DNA from: Candidatus Kaelpia aquatica
GTDB taxonomy: Bacteria > Omnitrophota > Gorgyraeia > Kaelpiales > Kaelpiaceae
Assembly (NCBI GenBank): GCA_030765335.1
Contig: JAVCCU010000025.1
Span: 6,784 to 70,783 of the forward strand
Direction: 5' to 3'
Length of the DNA stretch: 64,000 nucleotides
Position 1 is the stretch's first letter. Each line of letters begins with the position of its first letter. The notes under the pieces were generated by a model. The model was not told the DNA's origin. It saw nothing but the letters and a program-made list of their open reading frames with translations, and made no database searches. The position numbers and the translations under genes are program-made. This document shows, piece by piece, positions 9,603-19,380 of this stretch.

Positions 9603-10795
9603 TTACAGTATTAATAGAAAAATGTAGCGGTTGCGGGGTATGCATCAAGTCTTGCCCTTTTTCGGCTATTAAGATTAAAGATAAAGAGCTGATAATAGAT
9701 TTAGAGAAGTGTAATTTTTGCGGAGCTTGCGTTGAGATCTGTCCTCTTTCGGCTATTGAGATAAAAAGAGAGGAGATAAAACGTGATCTGTCGGCCTATA
9801 AGAATGTCTGGGTCTTTGCGGAACAAAAAAAAGGAATAGTTCAGCCGGTCGTATATGAGCTGCTTGGAAAAGGCAGGGAATTGGCAGATAGTTTAGGAGT
9901 TCAACTCTGGGCGGTGTTGCTTGGAAATAATATAAAGGATGTATGTAGAGATTTAATAGCCAGCGGAGCAGACAAAGTTTTGGCAGCAGAAGATGAGCTC
10001 TTAGAGAACTACCTGGATGAGCCTTATACTCAAGTACTTGTTGATTTAATTGAAAAACATAAGCCGGAGATAGTCTTAACCGGCGCTACAACTATTGGGC
10101 GTGCACTCATATCTCGCGTTGCAGTTAAGATAGGCGCAGGCCTTACTGCAGATTGCACAGGATTAGAGATAGACCTTAAAGATAAAATTTTACTCCAGAC
10201 ACGCCCTGCTTTTGGCGGTAATATTATGGCAACTATAATTACACCTAACCATAGGCCTCAAATGTCGACTGTGCGGCATAAGGTAATGAAAGAAGCTCAG
10301 ATTGATAACACTAGAAGCGGAGAGGTTGAACTGATAAATTATAATGGTAAATTAAGTTCCAGAACAAAATTGATTGATGTTATAGATGAAGTAGGCAAAA
10401 GTGTAAATCTAACAGAGGCTGATGTTGTAGTGTCAGGCGGATATGGTTTAGGTAAGCCTGAAAATTTTAAGATTATCGAAGGGTTAGCCGAGGTCTTAGA
10501 TGCTGCTGTTGGAGCATCACGTTCGGCTGTAGATAATGGTTGGATTCCTTATGCTCATCAGGTAGGTCAGACCGGACGTACTGTCTGCCCTAAGCTATAT
10601 ATTGCCTGCGGGATATCAGGTCAGATTCAACATTTAGTAGGTATGCAATCCTCAGATGTTATTGTTGCTATAAACAGAGATTCTGAAGCTCCAATATTTA
10701 AGGTTGCAACCTATGGAATAGTAGGAGATCTTTTTGAAGTTATACCTCTTTTAACTAAGAGATTGAATGAAATATTAAAAAAAGCGAGGGTCTAA
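9599..10795 (+). CDS. etfA: electron transfer flavoprotein alpha subunit with N-terminal 2x[4Fe-4S] ferredoxin domain
   Basis: 398 aa. CSGCGVCIKSCP and CNFCGACVEICP ferredoxin motifs at the N-terminus, then the EtfA FAD-binding domain (GISGQIQHLVGM). Confidence 0.85.
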   Translation: MITVLIEKCSGCGVCIKSCPFSAIKIKDKELIIDLEKCNFCGACVEICPLSAIEIKREEIKRDLSAYKNVWVFAEQKKGIVQPVVYELLGKGRELADSLGVQLWAVLLGNNIKDVCRDLIASGADKVLAAEDELLENYLDEPYTQVLVDLIEKHKPEIVLTGATTIGRALISRVAVKIGAGLTADCTGLEIDLKDKILLQTRPAFGGNIMATIITPNHRPQMSTVRHKVMKEAQIDNTRSGEVELINYNGKLSSRTKLIDVIDEVGKSVNLTEADVVVSGGYGLGKPENFKIIEGLAEVLDAAVGASRSAVDNGWIPYAHQVGQTGRTVCPKLYIACGISGQIQHLVGMQSSDVIVAINRDSEAPIFKVATYGIVGDLFEVIPLLTKRLNEILKKARV

Positions 10796-10796
10796 A

Positions 10797-12011
10797 TTGA
10801 AAGTAGATAAAGATTATGAAAATCTTGTAAAAGAGACGTTGTACTTGCTTTCAATAACTCAGGATTTGGATGAGAAAGGTAAATATGAGCATGGGGTAAG
10901 AGTAGCCCTTATGTCTGAGAAAATAGCAGAGGAAGTATTGCCTCAAGAGAGAGATTTAATGTTCTTTGCAGGTCTTGTGCATGATATAGGAGGTTTGGGT
11001 TCTAGAAACCATATTCTACACCACCCTGATCTGCTTGCACAGATTCAAGATCCGGATATATTTGAACACCCTTATAGAGGCGTGCATTTAATAAGGATGT
11101 TTCCAGTTCTCTTCCAAGGTCAGTATAGAATGTCGGATTATATCTTTGAACACCATGAATGGTGGAAAGGGGTGGGATATCCTCGTCAGTATAAAAAGAA
11201 TGAGATTCTGCTTGGAGGTAGAATTTTAAGAGCAGCTGATGCTTTTGATATCTATTCTCGGCATGGACAGAACAAAAGTGAGATCAATCCTCAGTCAGCT
11301 ATTAATGTCCTAGAGTCCAACGAAGAGCTTGACCCTGATATTTTGAATATCTTAAAAGAGATTATAAAAGATAAAGAGTTTATGGGGTTATATCTTAAGC
11401 CTCAGGATATGATTCTAGAATATGTAAGGAGCAAGGATTTAAACATAATCCTTAACCATAGAGATGAAGATGATCTGTTCGCATTCATCGGGTATTTAAT
11501 AGATTTTAAAATAGATTCTAATGCAATGGGTCACTCAGAAGGGGATACGCATTATTCGGTACAGATTGCAAAAGCGTTAAATTTGCCAGAAGATGAAGTG
11601 ACTATGATAAGAAGGGGTGGGTATCTGCATGATATAGGTAAATTATCTATTCCGCATATGGTATTAAATAAACCAGCTTGGCTGACAGAGCAGGAGTGGC
11701 AGATAGTCAAAAAGCATTCTGCGATAACTGTTGAGCTGCTTGATTCAATCCCCTCATTTAAAAAATATGTTTTTGCAGGATATCACCATGAGCGCTGGGA
11801 TGGTAAAGGTTATCATCAGGGTTTAAAAGGCGAAGAGATACCGCTAGGAGCCAGAATTATCTCGGTTGCCGATGCTCTAGATGCTATGACATCTAAGAGG
11901 ACCTATCGTCCTGTCCTTACCTTCAAAGAGGCATTAAAAGAGCTTAAGAGTAATGCCGGGACTCAGTTTGATCCTAAGATTATTGAGGAGACAGTTAGGA
12001 TTTATAAGTGA
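10797..12011 (+). CDS. tandem HD-GYP domain protein (putative c-di-GMP phosphodiesterase)
   Basis: 404 aa. Two HD domains (HDIGGLG; HDIGKLSIPHMVLNKP). The first has GYP (KGVGYPRQ), the second has GYH (GKGYHQGL). TTG start 2 nt after the etfA stop. Confidence 0.65.
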   Translation: MKVDKDYENLVKETLYLLSITQDLDEKGKYEHGVRVALMSEKIAEEVLPQERDLMFFAGLVHDIGGLGSRNHILHHPDLLAQIQDPDIFEHPYRGVHLIRMFPVLFQGQYRMSDYIFEHHEWWKGVGYPRQYKKNEILLGGRILRAADAFDIYSRHGQNKSEINPQSAINVLESNEELDPDILNILKEIIKDKEFMGLYLKPQDMILEYVRSKDLNIILNHRDEDDLFAFIGYLIDFKIDSNAMGHSEGDTHYSVQIAKALNLPEDEVTMIRRGGYLHDIGKLSIPHMVLNKPAWLTEQEWQIVKKHSAITVELLDSIPSFKKYVFAGYHHERWDGKGYHQGLKGEEIPLGARIISVADALDAMTSKRTYRPVLTFKEALKELKSNAGTQFDPKIIEETVRIYK

Positions 12012-12766
12012 AGTTTGATCTTTTAATCCTATCCTTTATTCAAGGAATTGCGGAGTTTCTTCCTATAAGCAGTTCAGGACATCTTCTATTTTTGAGTAAT
12101 TTATTAAATTTAAATATCGATAAATTTATCTTCACCATATTCCTTCATCTAGCTGCTCTCTTAGCTATACTCTTTTACTTTTATCCCAGAATAAAAATTT
12201 TATTAAAAGATAATATATATATATTAAAGGTTCTTGCAGCTTTTTGCACGACTATCATAGTCGCTCTCTATCTTAGAAGATATGTTGTTGCAATATACAA
12301 CATGGAAGGATTAAATATTTTAGGACCATTTTTTATAATAAGCGGAGTATTGTTATTTTTGCCGAGGTTAAGAAAGAATCAAAGTCAGAGTCTAACTTTT
12401 AAATCTGCATTGTTGATAGGATTTGTGCAGGGGGTCTCAGTCTTTCCAGGGATATCGCGCTCTGGTATTACCATTGTATTAGCCCTATTGCTTGGATTAA
12501 CTAGAGAAGAAGCGTTTAGATTCTCTTTTCTTTTAGCTATTCCGACAATAATTGGAGCAGGCGTTTATGAGCTTTTAAAATCAAGCTGGAATTTCCAAGC
12601 ATTTAATGTTATTAATATTTCATATGTAGGTTATTTTGTGATAACTTTCATCGTGAGCTTAGCATCTCTTGCTATTCTAGAGAAAACGGTCTTTAGAAAG
12701 AAGCTTTCATTTTTTGGCTACTACTGTTGTATAATAGGGCTAATCGTCTTATTTATAGGAGGCTAG
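12008..12766 (+). CDS. uppP: undecaprenyl-diphosphatase
   Basis: 252 aa polytopic membrane protein. IQGIAEFLPISSSGHL and PGISRSG motifs are typical of UppP/BacA. Confidence 0.85.
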   Translation: MKFDLLILSFIQGIAEFLPISSSGHLLFLSNLLNLNIDKFIFTIFLHLAALLAILFYFYPRIKILLKDNIYILKVLAAFCTTIIVALYLRRYVVAIYNMEGLNILGPFFIISGVLLFLPRLRKNQSQSLTFKSALLIGFVQGVSVFPGISRSGITIVLALLLGLTREEAFRFSFLLAIPTIIGAGVYELLKSSWNFQAFNVINISYVGYFVITFIVSLASLAILEKTVFRKKLSFFGYYCCIIGLIVLFIGG

Positions 12767-12767
12767 A

Positions 12768-13790
12768 ATGATACATGTAGGAATAATAGGGGCATTAGGA
12801 TATACAGGTAAGGAGCTCATACATTATCTATCCAGACATCCGGTTGTTAGGATATATAAGCTCTGGGATAATGCAGTGGATAAAAAGGGAGCGAGAATAG
12901 ATTCAATATTCCCTGAGTTTAAGAATATAGTAAATACAAAGGTTGAGCATTTTAATAAGAAGGACTTAGATGTTGTTGATGTTGTTTTTCTTGCTCTCCC
13001 TCACACCGTATCTATGAAGATTGCTCCTAGTATTCTAGATAAGGTGAGCCTCTTGATAGATCTCTCTGCGGACTACAGGTTTAAGAGCCATAAGTCTTAT
13101 CAGAAGTGGTATAAGGCAGATCACTTGGATAAGAAGAATTTAAAAAAGGCTGTCTATGGTCTTCCTGAAATTAATAGAAGCGAGATTAAAGGAGCTAAGC
13201 TTATTGCCAACCCTGGCTGTTATCCAACAAGCATGATATTGGGTCTATATCCTCTTGCAAAGGAAGGACTGCTTGATAATGCTCAAGTTATAGTAGACTC
13301 TAAGACAGGCACTTCTGGCGCAGGAAGAAAGGCAGCTACAGGATTAATATTTTCTGAACTCAATGGTAATCTGCGGCCTTATAAGATAAATAAACATCAG
13401 CATATGCCCGAGGTTACAGCGTTTTTTAAAGATGAGTTAAATAAGAGCGTAGATTTAAGCTTTGTTCCTCAGCTGATACCAATTAATAGGGGCATAATCA
13501 GCATGATCTATACTGTATTTAAGAATAAAAAGAAAAAAGATCTCTATGGGTTGTATAAAAAATATTATTCCAAAGAGCCTTTTATCAGAATCTCCAAGAA
13601 GGGTGAAGTTACTGAGTTAAAGGACGTTGCCTTTACCAACTTCTGCGACCTGAGTTATTTAGATTTTATAAATGACAATACATTTTTGATAATTTCCTGC
13701 ATAGATAATCTGGGGAAAGGAGCTGCCTCTCAAGCTGTACAGAATATGAATATTGCTCTTGGTTTTGATGAAAAAGAAGGGTTAATATGA
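12768..13790 (+). CDS. argC: N-acetyl-gamma-glutamyl-phosphate reductase
   Basis: 340 aa. GALGYTGKELI NAD-binding N-terminus and catalytic NPGCYPTS. Confidence 0.9.
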   Translation: MIHVGIIGALGYTGKELIHYLSRHPVVRIYKLWDNAVDKKGARIDSIFPEFKNIVNTKVEHFNKKDLDVVDVVFLALPHTVSMKIAPSILDKVSLLIDLSADYRFKSHKSYQKWYKADHLDKKNLKKAVYGLPEINRSEIKGAKLIANPGCYPTSMILGLYPLAKEGLLDNAQVIVDSKTGTSGAGRKAATGLIFSELNGNLRPYKINKHQHMPEVTAFFKDELNKSVDLSFVPQLIPINRGIISMIYTVFKNKKKKDLYGLYKKYYSKEPFIRISKKGEVTELKDVAFTNFCDLSYLDFINDNTFLIISCIDNLGKGAASQAVQNMNIALGFDEKEGLI

Positions 13791-14941
13791 TTACACCCAA
13801 AGGTTTTGTTTTTAACGGAATAAACTCTCGCGTTAAGAAGCAAGCTAAAGACCTGGGTATTATAATAACTGAAGAAAAAGCAGATGCGGTTGGATTTTTT
13901 ACCAAAAATGAATATAAGTCTGAGTCTCTCTTGGTCTGTCAGAGAAATATAGAAGATGGTTTAGCTCAGGCTATTGTTGTAAATAGCGGTTGTGCTAATT
14001 GCGGATTGGGCAAGAAGGGAGAGGCTGCAGCATTAAAAATATGTTCTGAAGTTGCTAAGGAACTAAAAACTAAAAAGTCCGACGTGTTGATTGCTTCTAC
14101 AGGATCAATAGGTATACCTCTTGAAGAGCAGAAGATAGTCTCTAGTATTCCTAGGTTGATTAAAGGGGCTCTAAGCACTAAGGCAGAAGATTTTGCTAGA
14201 GCAATCATGACAACAGATAAATACCCTAAGGTCTCTGCTCTTAAATTGAAGAGCGGTGTTACTATATTAGGCATAGCTAAGGGTGCCGGGATGATAGAGC
14301 CTAATATGGCTACAACCCTATCGTTTCTTTTGACAGATGCAAAGATAAGAAGGAGTTCTCTGGCTAAGATTGTAAAATCAGCCCTCGATTTGACTTTTAA
14401 CAGGATATCTATAGATGCTGATCAGAGCACAAACGATACTTTTCTTGCTTTGGCCAACGGTGCTAGCTCTGTCGATGTTGAGGTTTCTAGAGATAAGAGA
14501 GATGAATTTATAAAAGGTGTTTTTAAGGTGCTGCATGATTTAGCGTATGAAATAGTCGAGAACGGTGAAGGGGCGACTAAGATAGTAAAGATAGAAGTAA
14601 AATCTGCAAAGAGTAGAATAGTAGCTGAAAAAATATGCAGGAAGCTTGCATCTTCCATGCTCTTTAAAAGCTCGCTATATGGAAATAGCGCTAACTGGGG
14701 CAGAATTCTATCCTCAGTCGGCTCTCTAAGTTTGGGTGTTGGCAAGAGTTATGATATAAATTATGGTAATATCAAAGTTGTTAAAAATGGTCTGAGTCTA
14801 TATAATAATAAAAAGAGAGCGGATGATTATTTGAAGAAGTCTAAAGAGGTAAAGATTGTTTTGGATTTCAAAAAAGGCGGAGATGATTTTTTTATGTATA
14901 CAACTGATCTCTCCCCAGATTATGTTAAGTTAAATAGCTGA
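13787..14941 (+). CDS. argJ: bifunctional glutamate N-acetyltransferase/ornithine acetyltransferase
   Basis: 384 aa. ArgJ-family autoproteolysis region (ATTLSFLLTD) with conserved synteny argC-argJ-argB. Confidence 0.85.
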   Translation: MITPKGFVFNGINSRVKKQAKDLGIIITEEKADAVGFFTKNEYKSESLLVCQRNIEDGLAQAIVVNSGCANCGLGKKGEAAALKICSEVAKELKTKKSDVLIASTGSIGIPLEEQKIVSSIPRLIKGALSTKAEDFARAIMTTDKYPKVSALKLKSGVTILGIAKGAGMIEPNMATTLSFLLTDAKIRRSSLAKIVKSALDLTFNRISIDADQSTNDTFLALANGASSVDVEVSRDKRDEFIKGVFKVLHDLAYEIVENGEGATKIVKIEVKSAKSRIVAEKICRKLASSMLFKSSLYGNSANWGRILSSVGSLSLGVGKSYDINYGNIKVVKNGLSLYNNKKRADDYLKKSKEVKIVLDFKKGGDDFFMYTTDLSPDYVKLNS

Positions 14942-15789
14942 TGGAAGATTTAATTAAAAAAGCCCATATTCTAGTTGAAGCGTTTCCTTATATTGAAGAG
15001 TTTAGAGGAAAAATTATTGTAATTAAATACGGCGGCAGGGCTTTATTGAGTGAAGATGCAAAAAATAATATATTAAAAGATATAGCTTTTATGTCTCTTG
15101 TAGGTATAAAGCCGATTATTGTTCATGGTGGCGGCTATAAGATCACAGAGTTGATAGCTCAATCAGGGGGAATATCTAAGTTCATTGAAGGAAAGAGAGT
15201 TACGAATAAAAAGACCATGCAGATGGTTTATAAGGTGCTTAAGAATATGAATGAGGATCTAGTTAGTGAGATCAAAAGTTTTAGAGGTAATGCGCAGGGT
15301 ATTAATCCTAAGATAGATAAAAATGTATCTGTAAGGCAAGAATCAAAAAATTTAGGCTACGTAGGAGTAGTTGATAAGATAAGCTCAGAGAGCATTTTAA
15401 AACTCACAGAGAGAGAGATTGTGCCTGTAATTATGCCTGTTGGGCTTGATAAAGATGGTGAGTTATACAATGTAAACGCAGATGATATGGCTGCAGAACT
15501 TGCAATAAGTTTAAATGCTGAAAAGTTAGTTCTTCTCACTGATGTAAAGGGTATTTTAAGAGATAAGAGCGATGAGGAGAGTTTGATTCCAAGCTTACAT
15601 GCCTCAGAAGTAGATGATCTTATAAGAATGGATGTTATATCAAGCGGTATGGTGCCTAAAGTAAAAGCCTGCCTTAGAGCCTTAGATAGAGGCGTCAGAA
15701 AGACTCACATTTTAGACGGTCGAGTGCCCCATGTTGTTCTTCTGGAGGTATTTACGGAAGAGGGTGTAGGCACAGAGATTATAGTCTAG
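14941..15789 (+). CDS. argB: acetylglutamate kinase
   Basis: 282 aa. VIKYGG...HGGG amino-acid kinase family motifs. Confidence 0.9.
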   Translation: MEDLIKKAHILVEAFPYIEEFRGKIIVIKYGGRALLSEDAKNNILKDIAFMSLVGIKPIIVHGGGYKITELIAQSGGISKFIEGKRVTNKKTMQMVYKVLKNMNEDLVSEIKSFRGNAQGINPKIDKNVSVRQESKNLGYVGVVDKISSESILKLTEREIVPVIMPVGLDKDGELYNVNADDMAAELAISLNAEKLVLLTDVKGILRDKSDEESLIPSLHASEVDDLIRMDVISSGMVPKVKACLRALDRGVRKTHILDGRVPHVVLLEVFTEEGVGTEIIV

Positions 15790-15837
15790 TAACCTATCTT
15801 TTCTAATTAAATAAATTTAAAAAGTTTGTTTAGCAAT

Positions 15838-15866
15838 TTGACATAGGTTTATTTTATGGTATAAAT
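15838..15866 (+). promoter_or_regulatory. sigma70-type promoter TTGACA-N16-TGGTATAAAT
   Basis: TTGACA at 15838-15843 and TGGTATAAAT at 15857-15866, about 40 nt upstream of the 15908 gene. Confidence 0.6.
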
Positions 15867-15907
15867 ATCATAGATTATAAGGGGCAGCAATTATAGAAAG
15901 ATAATTT

Positions 15908-17410
15908 ATGAAGAAACTAATTATATTATTTATTATTCCAATTCTATTCTTGTCGTTTAGTTCTTATTCTAACTCTGAGGATTTGGAGCAATGCCCACTT
16001 GTTTTGCCGAGCATTACTTCTGGTGAATATTCAAAAGTTTTTTCGGGTAACGCGTTTAACAAGAGACTAAACGAGATATTGTTAAGTCAACAATTAAATG
16101 AAATAAATTCCGAAACGCTTTATAACTCTTATCTAATTCTGGCTATTGAAGGTCTTAATGGTATGGTCGAGCAAAATACAGGCTTGCCATATGATGTAGT
16201 AAGAGTAGGAGAAGGAAATGAACTAATACCTGTAGATAAAAAAGTAAGCGGATTGGAAATTGGTTTGCAGATATTGAATTTAGTTATCCAAAGAGATTTA
16301 GAAATTATGACAGATGATCAAGTTTTATTAAAAATGGATATTGTTTTAAATTCCATAGATAAAGCAGCGAAAAAAAACGGTTTTCTTTACGATTTTGTGT
16401 CTTTACCCAGTCTTAATAAACATAAACTGAGTAACGTTTCAGATGTGTTTAACAGCGGTTATTTGGCAGCAGCTTTAATGATAGCAAATCAAGCGTTTGA
16501 AGGAACTGTAGTTAGCGATAGATGTCAGTTGATTTTAGATGAAATGGATTTTAATTTCTTTTATTCCAATAATGGCCAGTTGTACGGCGATTCTAATAAA
16601 GGATATAGCGTCGGGCAGTTTGGCAGTGAGGTGCTATTACCTGCAATAGTTGCAACGTCAACAGACAATGTGCCTGATAGTGTCATAGCGCCTAGCGACT
16701 CAATATCGATTTATCGAGAGACATATACTACTAATGAGGGGGAAGAAATTAGTGTTATTCCTGCATGGGGTGGACAGATCTGGACTATACTTATGCCGCT
16801 TCTTTTCTTGGGACCTGAGGTGGAAAATCCTGATACAGGTGAAAATGTTATTGCTGGATTTATAGAGAATGCCAGACGTTGGGTAGAAATTCAGATTGAT
16901 GTAGCAGATAAGCTTGATTTAAATATTTGGGGTTGGTCTCCTTGTGCGGCTGTTTCTTCTAAGTATATTTACGATAGTGAAAATGGAGTTCCTGGTTTAG
17001 AGCAATATGGTAATGCTGGAAATCCGCGCAATAATCCTGTTGCTATATATGTTAGTTTTTTAGCGTTAGGTGTATTGTCTGGGTATGATGTAGCAAGCCC
17101 TCAAATACAAGCTACATTAGAAAATTTAGAAGCAATGATAAGTTTAAATCCAGATGTCAATAATTCAAATTATGGATTCCTAGATTCAATAACACAAGAC
17201 GGGGAAGTTTCACCATTTATATTAGGATTGGATAAAGGCATGGAAGTTATTGGTATGTTCAATGCCTACCGAAGAAGTAGTGGTAATCAGGGAATAGAAG
17301 GTTATTTTTGGCAGTATTTGGAAGAAAACGGAATGACAGATACAGTAAGAGAACTTCTTGGTCAACGTAGTAAAGAAATTTTGACGACAATCGGCGTTGA
17401 GAATATGTAG
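15908..17410 (+). CDS. secreted hypothetical protein (signal peptide; possibly carbohydrate-active, function unknown)
   Basis: 500 aa. N-terminal signal peptide MKKLIILFIIPILFLSFSSYS. No motif I can assign. Inserted between argB and pckG with its own strong promoter. Confidence 0.5.
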   Translation: MKKLIILFIIPILFLSFSSYSNSEDLEQCPLVLPSITSGEYSKVFSGNAFNKRLNEILLSQQLNEINSETLYNSYLILAIEGLNGMVEQNTGLPYDVVRVGEGNELIPVDKKVSGLEIGLQILNLVIQRDLEIMTDDQVLLKMDIVLNSIDKAAKKNGFLYDFVSLPSLNKHKLSNVSDVFNSGYLAAALMIANQAFEGTVVSDRCQLILDEMDFNFFYSNNGQLYGDSNKGYSVGQFGSEVLLPAIVATSTDNVPDSVIAPSDSISIYRETYTTNEGEEISVIPAWGGQIWTILMPLLFLGPEVENPDTGENVIAGFIENARRWVEIQIDVADKLDLNIWGWSPCAAVSSKYIYDSENGVPGLEQYGNAGNPRNNPVAIYVSFLALGVLSGYDVASPQIQATLENLEAMISLNPDVNNSNYGFLDSITQDGEVSPFILGLDKGMEVIGMFNAYRRSSGNQGIEGYFWQYLEENGMTDTVRELLGQRSKEILTTIGVENM

Positions 17411-17461
17411 TATTTTTATATAGTTTTTTCAAATTTATCTTTTTGCAAATATAAAGTGTGC

Positions 17462-17489
17462 TTGTTTTTTAAGACCTTTCTAGTATAAT
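17462..17489 (+). promoter_or_regulatory. putative promoter TTGTTT-N16-TATAAT upstream of pckG
   Basis: TTGTTT at 17462-17467 and TATAAT at 17484-17489. RBS GGAGGA precedes the pckG ATG. Confidence 0.4.
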
Positions 17490-17519
17490 CTTATCCACTA
17501 ATTAAATGAGGAGGAAGAT

Positions 17520-19379
17520 ATGGTAGGACTAGATTTATTGAAAGAGAGATGTGATAGTGATAGTTTAGAGAAGATTTCTGGCTTGGGCCAGGAGGTTGTT
17601 GATTTTATCGTTAAGTATGTTGAGCTCTGTAATCCCGATAGCGTATTTATTAGAAACGATTCAGATCAGGATGCAGAGTATGTTAGAAGCAAGACGCTAG
17701 AGCTTGGAGAGGAGAGATCTCTTAAGAAGAGCGGTCATACCATTCATTTTGATGGTATCCGTGATCAGGCTAGAGATAAAGAGAATACTAAATTTTTGGT
17801 CACTCCAGACTCTAAACTCGAAGGCCTTAACTCTATCGATAGAGTTAAAGGATTAGATGAGATAGAAGGGCTGCTTAAAGATATTATGAAGGGTAAAGAG
17901 ATGTACGTTCTCTTTATGGGTTTAGGTCCTGTTGATTCTGAATTCTCTGTTTATGCTGTTCAAATAACAGATTCTTCTTATGTATCCCATTCCGAAGATA
18001 TTCTCTATAGGGGAGCATATGAGGTTTTTAAGAAAAACCCGGATCTTGATTTCTTTAGATATGTTCATTCAGCAGGAGAGTTAGATGAAAACAAAGCAAG
18101 TAAGAATATAGATAAGAGGCGCGTTTATGTTGATTTCTCAGAAGATACAGTATATTCGACAAATACTCAGTATGCCGGCAATACTGTAGGTTTAAAGAAG
18201 CTGGCTCTTCGCCTTGCAATAAAAAAGGCTGACCATGAAGGTTGGCTTGCTGAGCATATGTTTGTTATGGCTGTACATGATGAAGATGGCAATAAGAACT
18301 ATTTTACAGGGGCCTATCCATCGTCTTGCGGTAAGACTTCTACTTGTATGGTGGAAGGTGAAAGAATTATAGGAGATGATATTGCTTATTTAAAGAAGAG
18401 AGATGATAGAGTCTATGCTGTTAATGTTGAGAGGGGTATATTCGGTATTATGAAAGATGTTAACTCTGATGATGCTCCATTGATATGGGAGGCACTCAAT
18501 AAAGAAGGAGAGGCGATATTCTCAAATATACTGATTAAAGACAAAACTCCTTATTGGAAAAACGATGGCAGGGTTACTCCGGATGATGGAGAGAACTTTT
18601 CAGGGTCTTGGCATGTAGGCAAAAAAAATGAATCCGGCAATGAGATTCCTTTTGCTCATCCTAACGCAAGATATACAATAAGTCTTAAGAATTTAGAGAA
18701 TGTAGATAGTGAGCTAGATAATCCTAAAGGAGTATTTGTAAAAGGGGTAATCTATGGCGGCAGGGATTCTAATACCTGGGTACCTGTATTTGAAAGCTTC
18801 AATTGGATTCATGGTGTTGTCTCAATTGCAGCGTCTTTGGAGTCTGAGACAACTGCAGCAACTTTGGGCAAAACCGGAGAGCGTAAGTTTAATCTGATGG
18901 CTAATTTAGATTTTCTGTCTATTCCAATAGGAAAATATCTAAAGAACCATCTTGATTTTGTAAAAGATATTAAAGAGCCCCCGGTTATATTCGGTGTAAA
19001 TTATTTTCTACTTAATGAGCATGGCGAGTATATAAGCGGTATGCATGATAAGAGGGTGTGGCTTAAATGGATGGAACTAAGAGTAAACAAGAAGGTAGGT
19101 GCAGTCAGTACCCCTATAGGGAGCATTCCTGAATGTAAAGATTTAGAGAGGCTGTTTAAAGAATTATTGAATAAAGAGTTCTCTTTGGATGAATACAATA
19201 TGTTCTTCAGCATTAGATGTCCTCAGAACTTAGAGAAGATTGAGAGAATAAGGAATATCTATAATGGATTTAAAGATATTCCTGAAGAGATCTTCTCTAT
19301 ATTAAGTGAGCAAGAGAGCAGAGTTAAAGAGGCTCAGGATAAATTCGGCGATTTAATAATCCCAGATAAATTTATTTAA
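17520..19379 (+). CDS. pckG: phosphoenolpyruvate carboxykinase (GTP)
   Basis: 619 aa. Kinase-1a/P-loop YPSSCGKTS and overall GTP-PEPCK layout. Confidence 0.85.
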   Translation: MVGLDLLKERCDSDSLEKISGLGQEVVDFIVKYVELCNPDSVFIRNDSDQDAEYVRSKTLELGEERSLKKSGHTIHFDGIRDQARDKENTKFLVTPDSKLEGLNSIDRVKGLDEIEGLLKDIMKGKEMYVLFMGLGPVDSEFSVYAVQITDSSYVSHSEDILYRGAYEVFKKNPDLDFFRYVHSAGELDENKASKNIDKRRVYVDFSEDTVYSTNTQYAGNTVGLKKLALRLAIKKADHEGWLAEHMFVMAVHDEDGNKNYFTGAYPSSCGKTSTCMVEGERIIGDDIAYLKKRDDRVYAVNVERGIFGIMKDVNSDDAPLIWEALNKEGEAIFSNILIKDKTPYWKNDGRVTPDDGENFSGSWHVGKKNESGNEIPFAHPNARYTISLKNLENVDSELDNPKGVFVKGVIYGGRDSNTWVPVFESFNWIHGVVSIAASLESETTAATLGKTGERKFNLMANLDFLSIPIGKYLKNHLDFVKDIKEPPVIFGVNYFLLNEHGEYISGMHDKRVWLKWMELRVNKKVGAVSTPIGSIPECKDLERLFKELLNKEFSLDEYNMFFSIRCPQNLEKIERIRNIYNGFKDIPEEIFSILSEQESRVKEAQDKFGDLIIPDKFI

Positions 19380-19380
19380 A

